A DNA stretch of 64,000 nt, taken from the NCBI GenBank assembly GCA_963791045.1, contig CAWBQK010000017.1, positions 204,078-268,077 on the forward strand, read 5' to 3'. The notes beneath the pieces are model-generated. The model made no database searches, had not been told where the DNA came from, and saw only the letters and a list, made by a program, of their open reading frames with translations. A program made the translations under genes and the position numbers. Each line of letters starts with the position of its first letter. Position 1 is the first letter of the stretch. Source of the stretch: Candidatus Latescibacterota bacterium. GTDB taxonomy: Bacteria; Krumholzibacteriota; Krumholzibacteriia; WVZY01. Shown piece by piece: positions 35,390 to 45,123 of the stretch.

Positions 35390-37309
35390 ATGGACAAAGA
35401 GCTTACTTTTTACCCCGAATCTGAACGCACACGCGACCTCGTTTACACCGAGTATTCGAGCTGCAACCAGAGTATCCATCTCCTTCTTCAGGAAAGTCCC
35501 GGAGTTCAATACGAATTTCTTTTAAAGGCTTACCGGGAAATCATCTCAAGCTATCTCTCTTTCGAAACGCTCAATCTACCGATTGAATTCCTCAAGACAC
35601 TCGTGCTGCGATTTGACCAGATGTGCGAGGAATGGGGATTGTCCGTCGACGATTGCAAGGGCATGGGGATTCACGTGCTCCTCAGGGCCGCGAATGCCGT
35701 TTACGTGATGACTTCACGGGAAAGCGATATTCTGCTTTGCCGGGAGGGCGAGCTGATGTCTCTCGAAGTCACCGGCGATGGAAGGGTGGAGCGGGTACGG
35801 GTAGACGATTCTGACGGGCAGGAAGAGCTGTTTCCACAAGCTCTGAGCGATGTATTCACGATAGTGAGGCTTGATCCGAAGTACGTGCGCGATATGGATC
35901 TTGCGCTGGGTTGCCGTGAAGAAGAAAAGGGAACCGTGCTCGAGGCGTTGGGCGGGCCGATGTGGCTTGAAGCGGGGCCGGCGGAGGAGAAGAGCGGTGA
36001 GAGGCGGATCGTCGTTTCGAAGTTTGTTTCCCGCAAGATCATTGTGGTTCGGTTTAAAGCGTTGGGGTATCTGGACGGCGCCGGGGCCGATAAATTGCCG
36101 GTCGGCGTGAGACGGAGCAGACCCCGGATCCCCATCAGGCGGCGGTTCGTTGTGGCCGGAGCGGCGGCGGTTGCTGCTGTCCTTATTGGAGTGCTGTGGA
36201 CCGGCGAGATGAGTGGACCCGAGAAGTTGTCGGGTGACGAAAACATTTTGACGGAAAACCGGATCGACAGAAACGTAGTGGACGCGGAAACCGGTACGGC
36301 GACGAACGAGATGGCCCAGGAGAAAGTGTTCACGCTGACGGCCGGTTGGGAGAAGACGTACGACGATCAGGTGACGTCGTCGCCCGCACGATTCGACCGT
36401 TGGGTCGTGTTCGGTTGCCGGGATGGGAATGTTTATGCCGTAGAGAGAGAAGTGGGGACGCTCGTATGGAAATTCAAGGCCACTGCGGGGGTAGGGACTT
36501 CCCCTGCTATCCAGGGTGAAAATGTTCTGATCGCGGACTACAACGGAAATGTTTTTGCGATCTCAGGCCGGAACGGCACACAGGTGTGGCAGAGAAAACT
36601 TCCTATGAGGGTTGTCAGTTCGCCGATCGTGGCGGGGAACCACTTGCTCGTCGGTTGTTACGACGGTTACGCATATTGTCTCTCTGGTGAGGACGGCAGT
36701 GTGGTTTGGAAGCGTAAGACGCGGGGGCGCGTGCGCGCCACGGCGGCGACGGACGGGAACTCATTCTTCGTCCCGTCGTACGACGGGTATCTCTACGCGC
36801 TCGACGCTGGATCTGGCAGCATACTGTGGCGTTCGAATATCGGCGGGCAACTGACCGGAGCGCCGGCCACGGTTGGGGGCAGAGTCGTTGTCGGAGCCCC
36901 GGATGGGCGCGTTCACTGTCTGGACGCCGCGAGCGGGAATGTCAATTGGACCTATACGGCGGGTTCGGCGGTCAAAGCCGGAATCGCTATCTCGTCGGGG
37001 AAGGTATTTGCCGGCTCGAATGATACGCATGTGCATTGCCTGAATCTCGCCGATGGAACGTTGAATTGGAAATATAAGACCGGCGATATCGTACTGTCCC
37101 GCCCATATATAAAAGGCGGAACAGTGTATGTGGGTTCTTATGATGGGTTTATGTACGCTCTGGACACCGGGTCGGGCGCCCTCCGTGACCGGTATGACAC
37201 GGGCGGCGCGATCTTCTCGTCACCGATCGCGGACGATGAAAATCTGTATTTTGGAACCAATCGAGGTAACTTTGTCTGTCTTCGCCACAACGCTGAGAAA
37301 ACCTCATAA
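35390..37309 (+). CDS. membrane protein: cytoplasmic N-domain of unknown function, one TM helix, periplasmic PQQ-like (BamB-type) beta-propeller
   Basis: TM segment FVVAGAAAVAAVLIGVLW near residue 270. C-half shows about 8 repeats of the PQQ/BamB pattern (GNVYAVEREVGTLVWKF, GNVFAISGRNGTQVWQ, GYAYCLSGEDGSVVWK, GYLYALDAGSGSILWR, GRVHCLDAASGNVNWTY, THVHCLNLADGTLNWKY, GFMYALDTGSG). Confidence 0.8.
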   Translation: MDKELTFYPESERTRDLVYTEYSSCNQSIHLLLQESPGVQYEFLLKAYREIISSYLSFETLNLPIEFLKTLVLRFDQMCEEWGLSVDDCKGMGIHVLLRAANAVYVMTSRESDILLCREGELMSLEVTGDGRVERVRVDDSDGQEELFPQALSDVFTIVRLDPKYVRDMDLALGCREEEKGTVLEALGGPMWLEAGPAEEKSGERRIVVSKFVSRKIIVVRFKALGYLDGAGADKLPVGVRRSRPRIPIRRRFVVAGAAAVAAVLIGVLWTGEMSGPEKLSGDENILTENRIDRNVVDAETGTATNEMAQEKVFTLTAGWEKTYDDQVTSSPARFDRWVVFGCRDGNVYAVEREVGTLVWKFKATAGVGTSPAIQGENVLIADYNGNVFAISGRNGTQVWQRKLPMRVVSSPIVAGNHLLVGCYDGYAYCLSGEDGSVVWKRKTRGRVRATAATDGNSFFVPSYDGYLYALDAGSGSILWRSNIGGQLTGAPATVGGRVVVGAPDGRVHCLDAASGNVNWTYTAGSAVKAGIAISSGKVFAGSNDTHVHCLNLADGTLNWKYKTGDIVLSRPYIKGGTVYVGSYDGFMYALDTGSGALRDRYDTGGAIFSSPIADDENLYFGTNRGNFVCLRHNAEKTS

Positions 37310-37407
37310 TTCGCTTGCCTTGCCTTTTTGTTGGAATCCCTTTTCCATATTTGTGTACATCCTCATGGATGCCGATCAATACCTTATTCGCAAGGGGGAC
37401 GCATAGG

Positions 37408-37608
37408 ATGCTCAAAGGTATCATCAAGTTCTTCAACGACTCGAAGGGATACGGGTTTATTGAGAGCGACGAACGGGATTCGATTTTCGTGCACTATTCA
37501 TCGATACAGCAAGATGGCTACCGGACACTGAGAGAAGGGGAAGAGGTCTGCTTTGAAATAAAGGATGGGCAGCGGGGTCCGGAAGCGGTCAACGTCAGCA
37601 AGATCTAA
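37408..37608 (+). CDS. cspA: cold-shock protein (CspA family)
   Basis: 66 aa from the internal ATG. MLKGIIKFFNDSKGYGFIESDERDSIFVHYSSI carries RNP1 (KGYGFI) and RNP2 (IFVHY). SD GGGGGA upstream. Confidence 0.95.
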   Translation: MLKGIIKFFNDSKGYGFIESDERDSIFVHYSSIQQDGYRTLREGEEVCFEIKDGQRGPEAVNVSKI

Positions 37609-37748
37609 TCGGTTACCCTCCATATTTTGGCCGCCGGCATTTGATAAGCTCTTAGCCGGTCGACAACTTGCCAAACCTCGGCATTTCTGTTAGGTTGCAT
37701 GCAGCTTAAAACAGTCGGCATGTAGCTAAAAACAAAAACTAATACATC

Positions 37749-40700
37749 ATGAAAAAGAATTTTCTTACCAAAATGTTCGGTTCGAAATCGGAGCGGGATT
37801 TCAAAAAATACCGGCCGATGCTTGAAGAGGTCAATCGATTTGCGGAGAGCTTTGACGGATTGTCGGAGGACGATTTCCCCGCGAAAACCCAGGAATTCAG
37901 ACAGAGATACATCGAGGGCGAAGATCTCGATGCGCTGCTCCCCGAAGCCTATGGTCTTGTGAAAGCTGCCTGCAAAATGCTCGTGGGTACGAGTTGGGAT
38001 GTTTGCGGAATCGAAACCGAGTGGGCCATGGTGCCCTACGACGTGCAGATCGTTGGCGCGATCTCGCTTCGCAAGGGTTCGATCTCAGAGATGGCGACAG
38101 GTGAAGGCAAGACCCTGGCCGCGACGATGCCCCTTTATTTGAACGCGCTCGCCGGAAAAGGCGCGCACCTCGTTACCGTCAACGATTACCTCGCCCAGCG
38201 CGATTCGGAGTGGATGGGACGTTTGTACCGATTCCTCGGACTCACGGTCGGGTGTGTTCAGGGTGAGATTCCGAACGAGCAACGCAAAGCCGCCTACGCC
38301 AAGGATATCACCTACGGTACCAACAACGAGTTCGGGTTCGACTATCTTCGGGATAACATGAAGACCCGGCTCGAGGATAAGGTTCAACGCCCGCATTTTT
38401 ACGCGATCGTGGATGAGGTGGACAGTGTGTTGATCGACGAAGCGCGTACGCCGTTGATCATTTCCGGGCCGGTGACGGCGAGCGAATCATCCGAACTCTA
38501 CCGGCTCCTCCGGCCAAAGGTCGAGCGGGTCGTCCAATCGCAGGCGCGGCTTATCAATAGTCTTGCCTCGTTCGCCGAAAAAGAAATGGAGAACGCCGAC
38601 AGGGAAGACGAAGTCGCCCAGGCGCTTCTCAAGATTAGCCGCGGGGATCCGAAGAACAGCCGTTTCTTGAAATTGAGAAAGGAAACGGGTGTCGACAAAA
38701 TGATTGCGCGCATGGAGGCCGACCTGATGCGCGAAAAGAGTCTTCATCTTCTGGATGAAGAGCTCTTCTACGCGATCGACGAAAAAGGCAACATCATCAA
38801 TCTAACGGACAAAGGGAGAGAGGCTCTCTCGCCCAACGACCCCGACCAGTTTGTTCTCCCCGATGTCAGCGAGGAAATCAACCGAATCGACGGGGACGAC
38901 TCTCTGGATCCGGTTGAGAAGGTCAGGCAAAAAGACGACGTCTATCGCGGATATGCCGCCAAGTCGGACTCGATCCACAATTTCAATCAGTTGTTGAAAG
39001 CGTTTACATTGTTTCAGCGTGATGTCGAGTACGTGGTCCAGGATGACCGTGTAATTATCGTCGATGAATTTACCGGGCGATTGATGCCCGGTCGCCGCTT
39101 TTCGGACGGTCTCCACCAGGCGCTCGAGGCCAAAGAAAATGTAAAGATCGAGGGCGAGACGCAAACTCTAGCTACCATTACACTTCAGAACTATTTCAGG
39201 ATGTATGAGCGGTTGGCGGGGATGACGGGCACGGCGGTGACGGAGGCGGCCGAATTCCATAAGATCTATACACTGGATGTGTCCGAGATTCCCACGAACG
39301 AGCCGATCCGTCGCATCGATTTTGACGACAGGATTTATCGAACCAAGCGGGAAAAGTACAACGCGCTCGCCGATGAGATTGTCCGTCTCAACGAGTTGGG
39401 TCTTCCCGTACTGGTTGGTACGGTGACGGTGGATGTGTCGGAACTCATCAGCCGGCTTCTCAAGCGCCGCGGGGTTAAACACAATGTTCTCAACGCCAAG
39501 TATCATCAGAAGGAAGCAGAAATTGTCGCGGGTGCGGGTCGCGCAGGTGCGGTGACGATTGCGACAAACATGGCGGGCCGCGGAACCGATATCAAACTGG
39601 ATCCATCGGTGGTCAAGTGCGACACGTGCGGAATAGGAAGCGGGAAGAAATCGTGGAAAACGAAGACGGGTGAAGAGGTGGACCCGACTGTTTGCGCGAA
39701 AGATGTACCCTGCGGTCTCCATATTATAGGAACGGAAAGACACGAGGCGCGGCGGATCGACCGCCAGCTCCGCGGTCGCGCAGGACGTCAGGGTGATCCC
39801 GGGTCATCGCTGTTCTTTTTGTCCCTCGAAGATGACCTGATGCGTCTGTTCGGATCGGGTCGGATCTCGGGCGTAATGGACAAGATGGGTGTTGAGGATG
39901 GCGATGTGATCACGCACGGCCTGGTCACACGCGCGATAGAGAAAGCCCAGCAACGCGTGGAGAATTATAACTTCGATATCCGTAAGCGTTTGATCGATTA
40001 CGACGACGTTATGAACAGGCAGCGCGAGGCGATTTATGGTCGCCGTGACGAGATCATCGGAGCGGAAGAACTCCGCGAAATTATTCTCGCGATGATCGAT
40101 GACGTTATCGATTCAAAAATAAACGGTTACATCAATCCAAAGGAACTCCCGGAAAACTGGCCGCTGGCCGAACTGTTCGGAGACCTCGAGGGAACGTTCC
40201 TGTTTTCGTTTCCGCCCATCGAGAAGGAAATCCAGGATGTCGGCGAGGAAGATGTCATCGAGTACCTCAAGCGGCGGTCGCGCGAGGCCCTCGACGCGCG
40301 GGAACGCTTTCTCGCGGAGGAGCTTGGGAGTGACGAAGTGGTGCGCGAGTTTGAGAAGTATGTTCTGCTCCAGACGATCGACGAAAAATGGATGGATCAT
40401 CTGCACGAGCTCGATTACCTCAAAGACGGAATCCATTTCAGGGCCTATGCTCAAAAGGATCCCCTTATCGAATACAAGAAGGAGGCGTTCGCCCTCTTCG
40501 CGGAGTTGAACGACACCATCGATCAGGATGCGCTACACGCATTTTTCCACGCGCGGATTGCGGCAAGAAAACAAAGCCGCCGTGACGTCTCCGCGGCACA
40601 GGCCGTCCACAAAGAGTCTCAGATTTACGGAATGCAGGATGGTGGGGGGATGGGTGCCTCCGCGGCGACGGACGCGGCGCTCAAGAACCCCATCTCGGAA

Positions 40701-40805
40701 AATCCCGTCAGAAAACCCCAGGTCCGGGAGGTCGGGAAGGTCTCTCGGAACGACCCCTGTCCCTGCGGAAGTGGTAAGAAATACAAGAGATGCTGCGGTT
40801 CATAG
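37749..40805 (+). CDS. secA: preprotein translocase ATPase SecA
   Basis: 1018 aa. MATGEGKTL (Walker A), DEVDSVLIDEARTPLIISG, TNMAGRGTDIKL, GLHIIGTERHEARRIDRQLRGRAGRQGDPG, C-terminal zinc finger CPCGSGKKYKRCCG. Confidence 0.97.
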   Translation: MKKNFLTKMFGSKSERDFKKYRPMLEEVNRFAESFDGLSEDDFPAKTQEFRQRYIEGEDLDALLPEAYGLVKAACKMLVGTSWDVCGIETEWAMVPYDVQIVGAISLRKGSISEMATGEGKTLAATMPLYLNALAGKGAHLVTVNDYLAQRDSEWMGRLYRFLGLTVGCVQGEIPNEQRKAAYAKDITYGTNNEFGFDYLRDNMKTRLEDKVQRPHFYAIVDEVDSVLIDEARTPLIISGPVTASESSELYRLLRPKVERVVQSQARLINSLASFAEKEMENADREDEVAQALLKISRGDPKNSRFLKLRKETGVDKMIARMEADLMREKSLHLLDEELFYAIDEKGNIINLTDKGREALSPNDPDQFVLPDVSEEINRIDGDDSLDPVEKVRQKDDVYRGYAAKSDSIHNFNQLLKAFTLFQRDVEYVVQDDRVIIVDEFTGRLMPGRRFSDGLHQALEAKENVKIEGETQTLATITLQNYFRMYERLAGMTGTAVTEAAEFHKIYTLDVSEIPTNEPIRRIDFDDRIYRTKREKYNALADEIVRLNELGLPVLVGTVTVDVSELISRLLKRRGVKHNVLNAKYHQKEAEIVAGAGRAGAVTIATNMAGRGTDIKLDPSVVKCDTCGIGSGKKSWKTKTGEEVDPTVCAKDVPCGLHIIGTERHEARRIDRQLRGRAGRQGDPGSSLFFLSLEDDLMRLFGSGRISGVMDKMGVEDGDVITHGLVTRAIEKAQQRVENYNFDIRKRLIDYDDVMNRQREAIYGRRDEIIGAEELREIILAMIDDVIDSKINGYINPKELPENWPLAELFGDLEGTFLFSFPPIEKEIQDVGEEDVIEYLKRRSREALDARERFLAEELGSDEVVREFEKYVLLQTIDEKWMDHLHELDYLKDGIHFRAYAQKDPLIEYKKEAFALFAELNDTIDQDALHAFFHARIAARKQSRRDVSAAQAVHKESQIYGMQDGGGMGASAATDAALKNPISENPVRKPQVREVGKVSRNDPCPCGSGKKYKRCCGS

Positions 40806-40953
40806 CTCCTCCACAGGCCTGTTTGGCCCCCCTCCAGCCCCCCTCAATAAAGGGCAAAATAGGGATTGCATCCCGACCGGGGATAGGTATATGTTTCTAT
40901 GCCCAACTCAACTAGCATGGGAATTGCAAGGGAGTCTCTGGAAGGGCAATAAA

Positions 40954-41403
40954 ATGGTAAGTCGTCTTATAGATCTGGTTGTTCTCGTTGCTGACCTGAG
41001 TCAGAACAAGGGCAAAACGCTTCAGGAGCTGGACAGCGAGCTCGTTGGACTCGGTTATTCGGCCGAGGAAATTGAGCACGCGATATTCTGGCTATCCTCG
41101 CAGTGGCAGCCATCCGCGCGTGCCCTCGGTGATATATTGAAGCCCGCGCACCGTGTTCTGAGCCCCTGGGAAGCGATGTGTCTCGACACTGACTCCTACG
41201 GTTATCTTCTCCGTCTCCAGAATTTGGGAATCATCGATCTCGAGCAGTTCGAGACGATCATGACGAGAATTTTGCCGATAGGTGGCGAGAAATTGCCGCT
41301 GGGCGAGTTGAAAACACTTGCCGGGTCGATAATTTTTGATTTAGGTATTGAAGACACGGAAGACGATCTGTTTGATGCCGACGAGGCGGGGCAGATAACT
41401 TAA
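40954..41403 (+). CDS. smg: Smg protein (DUF494 family)
   Basis: 149 aa from the internal ATG. MVSRLIDLVVLVADLSQ...LVGLGYSAEEIEHAIFWL resembles the Smg N-terminus. Sits directly upstream of topA, as in the proteobacterial dprA-smg-topA arrangement. The upstream part of ORF 40528.. overlaps secA. Confidence 0.7.
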   Translation: MVSRLIDLVVLVADLSQNKGKTLQELDSELVGLGYSAEEIEHAIFWLSSQWQPSARALGDILKPAHRVLSPWEAMCLDTDSYGYLLRLQNLGIIDLEQFETIMTRILPIGGEKLPLGELKTLAGSIIFDLGIEDTEDDLFDADEAGQIT

Positions 41404-41438
41404 TATAGGGCAACTAATTATATAATTTAAACACGAAC

Positions 41439-41457
41439 CGCAAGTCCAAGACTTGCG
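41439..41457 (+). promoter_or_regulatory. 8-bp hairpin in the topA leader, downstream of a perfect TATAAT (41421-41426)
   Basis: CGCAAGTC (41439-41446) / CAA / GACTTGCG (41450-41457), 18 nt before the topA ATG. Function unknown. Confidence 0.3.
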
Positions 41458-41475
41458 TGTCGCTTTATAAGGACA

Positions 41476-43683
41476 ATGGCAAAGCAATCCCTCGTAATCG
41501 TCGAGTCGCCCGCCAAGGCGAACACGATCAAAAAATTCCTCGGTAAGAACTTCAAAGTCATCGCGTCGGTCGGCCACGTGATGGATCTCCCCAAAAATGA
41601 GCTTGGTGTGGACATCGAAGAGGGCTTCGCGCCCAAGTATGTCGTTCCACGCGGCAAGCAGAAGGTTCTGACTCAGATAAAAAAAGACGCTAAGGGTTGC
41701 GACGAAGTGTTTCTCGCACTCGATATGGATCGCGAAGGCGAGGCAATCGCATGGCATCTCCAGAATTTTCTCGAAAAGGTCCAGGGAAACTGCAAGCGGA
41801 TTATTTTCAACGAAATCACTAAGTCGGCGATCATTGAGGCCATCGGCAACCCAATGGATGTCAATCAGCAGAAGGTCGACGCGCAGCAGGCGCGCCGTGT
41901 CCTGGACCGGCTGGTGGGCTATCAGATTAGTCCGATCCTCTGGCAAATATTTTATTATGGCTTGAGCGCGGGCCGTGTTCAGACCGTCGGTCTCAGGCTG
42001 GTCTGCGAGCGGGAGAACGAAATTCGAGCGTTTGTGCCTGTTGAGTACTGGTCGATAGAGGCCCTTCTCCGCACAAAGGACGGGGGAGAAATCCCGGCGA
42101 AAGTAACCCACGTCAACGGCAAGAAAGCTGAACTCACGAAAAAAGAAGAGGTCGACCCCGTTCTCGCCGACCTCCGCAAGGCCGACTACGTCGTAAATGA
42201 CGTAATCCGCAAAGAAAAGAAGAGAAACCCACAGCCTCCTTACATAACGAGTACGCTCCAGCGTGACGCGGCAAGGCGGCTTCGTTACTCCCCAAAGAAA
42301 ATCATGATGATCGCCCAACAGCTCTATGAGGGGATCGATCTTGGGGCTGACGACAGGGTCGGGTTGATTACCTATATGCGTACCGATTCGGTACGGATAT
42401 CCGACCAGGCTAAGGACGCGGCGAGGGATCTCATCAAGGACAAGTACGGCGAGGATTTCCTTCCGGAAAAACCAAAGGCGTATCGTCAGAAGAAAGACGC
42501 GCAGGACGCGCATGAAGCGATACGGCCGACGGATGTCACACGTACTCCCGAGTCCGTCAAAGAGCATCTCAAAAAAGATCAATATGCCGTCTACGAGTTG
42601 ATTTGGCGACGATTCATGGCCTCCCAGATGGCCAGCGCCCGCTATGACACTACCGAAGTGATGATCGGTGCGGGTGACCATCAGTTGAAGGCCAATGGAC
42701 GGGTTATGACTTTCGCGGGTTTTCTCAATGTCTACGAAGAATCGATCAGTGACGGCGAAAACGAACTTCCCTCGGTCGAAAAGGGAGATGCTCTCGAACT
42801 CGGATCCGTAGATGGAACGCAGCATTTTACCGAGCCGCCGCCTCGTTTTACCGAGGCGACCCTGATCAAGGAGCTCGAGGATGACGGTATTGGGAGACCG
42901 AGTACATATGCGGCGATCGTTTCGATTATCCAGGATCGGGACTACGTGTCCAAGGATGAGGGTCGATTGCGGCCGACAACTCTTGGTGAGCAGGTGTGGT
43001 TGACGCTCGAGGGGTTTTTCCCCGACCTGTTCGATACGAAGTTTACCGCGTTGATGGAGGCGGAGCTGGATCGAGTCGAGGGCGGCGAGGACACGTGGCA
43101 GAAGGTCGTCAATGATTTCTACACACCGTTCCGCAAAGCGCTGGACAATATCGATGACCGCAAAGAGCGGATAAAAGATTCCCTCCAGGAAGAAACCGAC
43201 ATTGAGTGTGAAAAGTGCGGGAAAAAGCTCATCAAGAAGTGGGGGAGAAACGGGCAGTTTCTCGCGTGCCCCGCTTACCCCGACTGCAAGTTTTCTCGGC
43301 CGCTGGAGGAAGAGGCCGAGTCGCTCCGTCTCGACGCCGACTGTCCAAAATGCGGATCTAAACTCGTCGTCAAGGTCGGGAGGTACGGGCGATTTGCAGC
43401 CTGTGAAAAGTATCCCGACTGCAAGCACACCCAGTCGTACCCGATCGGAATGGCGTGCCCCAAACCGGAGTGTGACGGCCAGGTGGTCGAGAAAGTCACT
43501 CGGCGGGCAAAGCGTTTTTACGGGTGCAGCCGTTATCCGGACTGCGACTTCGCGACGTGGGACAAACCGGTTCCGACCGTGTGCTCGGCCTGCGGCAATC
43601 CGTACATCGTTGAGAAAATGTCGCAAAGCCGTGGTACCTACTTCAAGTGTCCGGTCTGCAAAGAAGAAGTCGCCCAAGACTAA
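41476..43683 (+). CDS. topA: DNA topoisomerase I
   Basis: 735 aa. TOPRIM LVIVESPAKA; DxD in LALDMDREGE; active-site Tyr region GLITYMRTDS; four C-terminal Cys4 zinc-ribbon repeats (CEKCGKK..CPAYPDC etc.). Confidence 0.97.
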   Translation: MAKQSLVIVESPAKANTIKKFLGKNFKVIASVGHVMDLPKNELGVDIEEGFAPKYVVPRGKQKVLTQIKKDAKGCDEVFLALDMDREGEAIAWHLQNFLEKVQGNCKRIIFNEITKSAIIEAIGNPMDVNQQKVDAQQARRVLDRLVGYQISPILWQIFYYGLSAGRVQTVGLRLVCERENEIRAFVPVEYWSIEALLRTKDGGEIPAKVTHVNGKKAELTKKEEVDPVLADLRKADYVVNDVIRKEKKRNPQPPYITSTLQRDAARRLRYSPKKIMMIAQQLYEGIDLGADDRVGLITYMRTDSVRISDQAKDAARDLIKDKYGEDFLPEKPKAYRQKKDAQDAHEAIRPTDVTRTPESVKEHLKKDQYAVYELIWRRFMASQMASARYDTTEVMIGAGDHQLKANGRVMTFAGFLNVYEESISDGENELPSVEKGDALELGSVDGTQHFTEPPPRFTEATLIKELEDDGIGRPSTYAAIVSIIQDRDYVSKDEGRLRPTTLGEQVWLTLEGFFPDLFDTKFTALMEAELDRVEGGEDTWQKVVNDFYTPFRKALDNIDDRKERIKDSLQEETDIECEKCGKKLIKKWGRNGQFLACPAYPDCKFSRPLEEEAESLRLDADCPKCGSKLVVKVGRYGRFAACEKYPDCKHTQSYPIGMACPKPECDGQVVEKVTRRAKRFYGCSRYPDCDFATWDKPVPTVCSACGNPYIVEKMSQSRGTYFKCPVCKEEVAQD

Positions 43684-43686
43684 TCC

Positions 43687-45015
43687 ATGAAAAGTGTTTC
43701 TATCGTAGGTGGCGGACTGGCCGGATGTGAAGCGGCCTGGCAGCTAGCCGACCGTGGCGTGGCGGTTCGGCTCAGGGAAATGCGTCCCCGCGAAACCACG
43801 GAAGCGCACCGTTCGGACAACCTCGCGGAAATCGTCTGCACCAATTCCTTCAAATCAATACTTCCCGATACCGCCTCAGGAGTCTTGAAGGCTGAACTCG
43901 AACTTCTGGGTTGCCGTCTCCTTCGTGTCGCAAAGCAGACGAGCGTTCCGGCCGGTCACGCGTTGGCCGTTGACAGGGAGCGGTTTTCCGAAGCCGTAAC
44001 GTCGGCGATCGAAAACCATCCAAATATCACGGTTGAGAGAAGACGCCAGGACGATCTCGATATAGATTTGCCGGCGATTATTGCGACGGGTCCGTTGACG
44101 GCGGCGGCGCTCTCCGCTGCTCTCCAGGAACACTGCTCCAGCGAACACCTGTATTTCTACGACGCGATCGCACCGTCGATCGAGGGCGACTCGATAGATA
44201 CCGGTGTGGGGTATGCGGCAAGCCGCTATGACAAAGGAACCGCGGATTATATCAACATCCCGTTCAACGAGTCCGAATACAAAGCGTTGATAGCCAGATT
44301 GAAGGATTCCGAGGTCGTGACCCCTCACGGGTTTGAAGATAAAAAGTATTTCGAGGCTTGTTTGCCAATCGAGGTGATGGCGGCCAGGGGTGAGGACACG
44401 GCGCGTTTCGGCCCCATGAGACCGCGCGGCCTTCCCGATCCGCGGACGGGACGTGAGCCCTACGCAGTCCTTCAGCTCAGACGCGAAAGCCAGTCGGGAC
44501 ATCTGCTCGGACTGGTCGGGTTCCAGACGAGATTGACATACGCCGCGCAGAAGGAAATGATTCGTTCGCTCCCTGGGTGCGCAAAGGCGAAAATACTCAG
44601 ATACGGATCGATCCACCGAAACATCTACCTCAACCTGCCCGCTCTTTGCTCGCCGTATCAGAGGGATACCTCGATCGGTGAGCTTTATTACGCCGGGCAG
44701 ATTTGTGGGGTTGAAGGTTACGTGGAGTGTATTACGAGCGGACTTGTCGCCGCCCTGTCACTTTACGGCAGGCTGCGGGGTGTCGAACTCAAACCGTTTC
44801 CCGCAACGACCATGATAGGGTCGTTGATGAACCACATACATACTCCACTCGAAAACTTCCAGCCGATGAACGCCAATATGGGGATTTTGCCCAGGCGGGA
44901 AAAGATTCCGGGCGGGAGGCGGGCGAGGTACCTCGTGGCTTCGCAGCGGGCCATTTCGGAAATGTCGGCGTATCGCGAAGCCAACCCCGCGTTTTTCTCC
45001 ACCGATGCCGGATGA
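43687..45015 (+). CDS. trmFO: methylenetetrahydrofolate--tRNA-(uracil54-C5)-methyltransferase TrmFO
   Basis: 442 aa. FAD fold VSIVGGGLAGCEAAWQLA, LAEIVCTNSFK, GQICGVEGYVE. Confidence 0.9.
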   Translation: MKSVSIVGGGLAGCEAAWQLADRGVAVRLREMRPRETTEAHRSDNLAEIVCTNSFKSILPDTASGVLKAELELLGCRLLRVAKQTSVPAGHALAVDRERFSEAVTSAIENHPNITVERRRQDDLDIDLPAIIATGPLTAAALSAALQEHCSSEHLYFYDAIAPSIEGDSIDTGVGYAASRYDKGTADYINIPFNESEYKALIARLKDSEVVTPHGFEDKKYFEACLPIEVMAARGEDTARFGPMRPRGLPDPRTGREPYAVLQLRRESQSGHLLGLVGFQTRLTYAAQKEMIRSLPGCAKAKILRYGSIHRNIYLNLPALCSPYQRDTSIGELYYAGQICGVEGYVECITSGLVAALSLYGRLRGVELKPFPATTMIGSLMNHIHTPLENFQPMNANMGILPRREKIPGGRRARYLVASQRAISEMSAYREANPAFFSTDAG

Positions 45016-45065
45016 CCTTCGGATCCCCCTTTTCGAGATTTTCCTTAAATACCCGTCACAATTTG

Positions 45066-45076
45066 ATATATATATA
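45066..45076. repeat. short (AT)n tract in the xerC upstream region
   Basis: ATATATATATA at 45066-45076, 48 nt before the xerC ATG. Probably part of an AT-rich promoter (TTAAAT..TATATA). Confidence 0.5.
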
Positions 45077-45123
45077 GTTATGTGCATTGTTGGCAGAACG
45101 GTCCTCGCAGCCGGATTTATCGA

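Noticed and set aside
41341-43677. 778-aa ORF on the minus strand covering the whole topA locus
   Set aside because: It is exactly antisense to a topoisomerase I gene with unmistakable motifs. Its product is Arg/Leu/Gly/Pro-rich with no recognisable domain. This is a typical stop-free shadow frame in GC-rich coding DNA.
45061-45088. dif-like XerCD site just upstream of xerC (..ATTTGATATATATATAGTTATGTGCATT)
   Set aside because: The right arm TTATGTGCATT matches the XerD-arm consensus TTATGTTAAAT at 8 of 11 positions. The left arm lacks the conserved inner CATAA, and the spacer is just an (AT)n run. More likely an AT-rich promoter.
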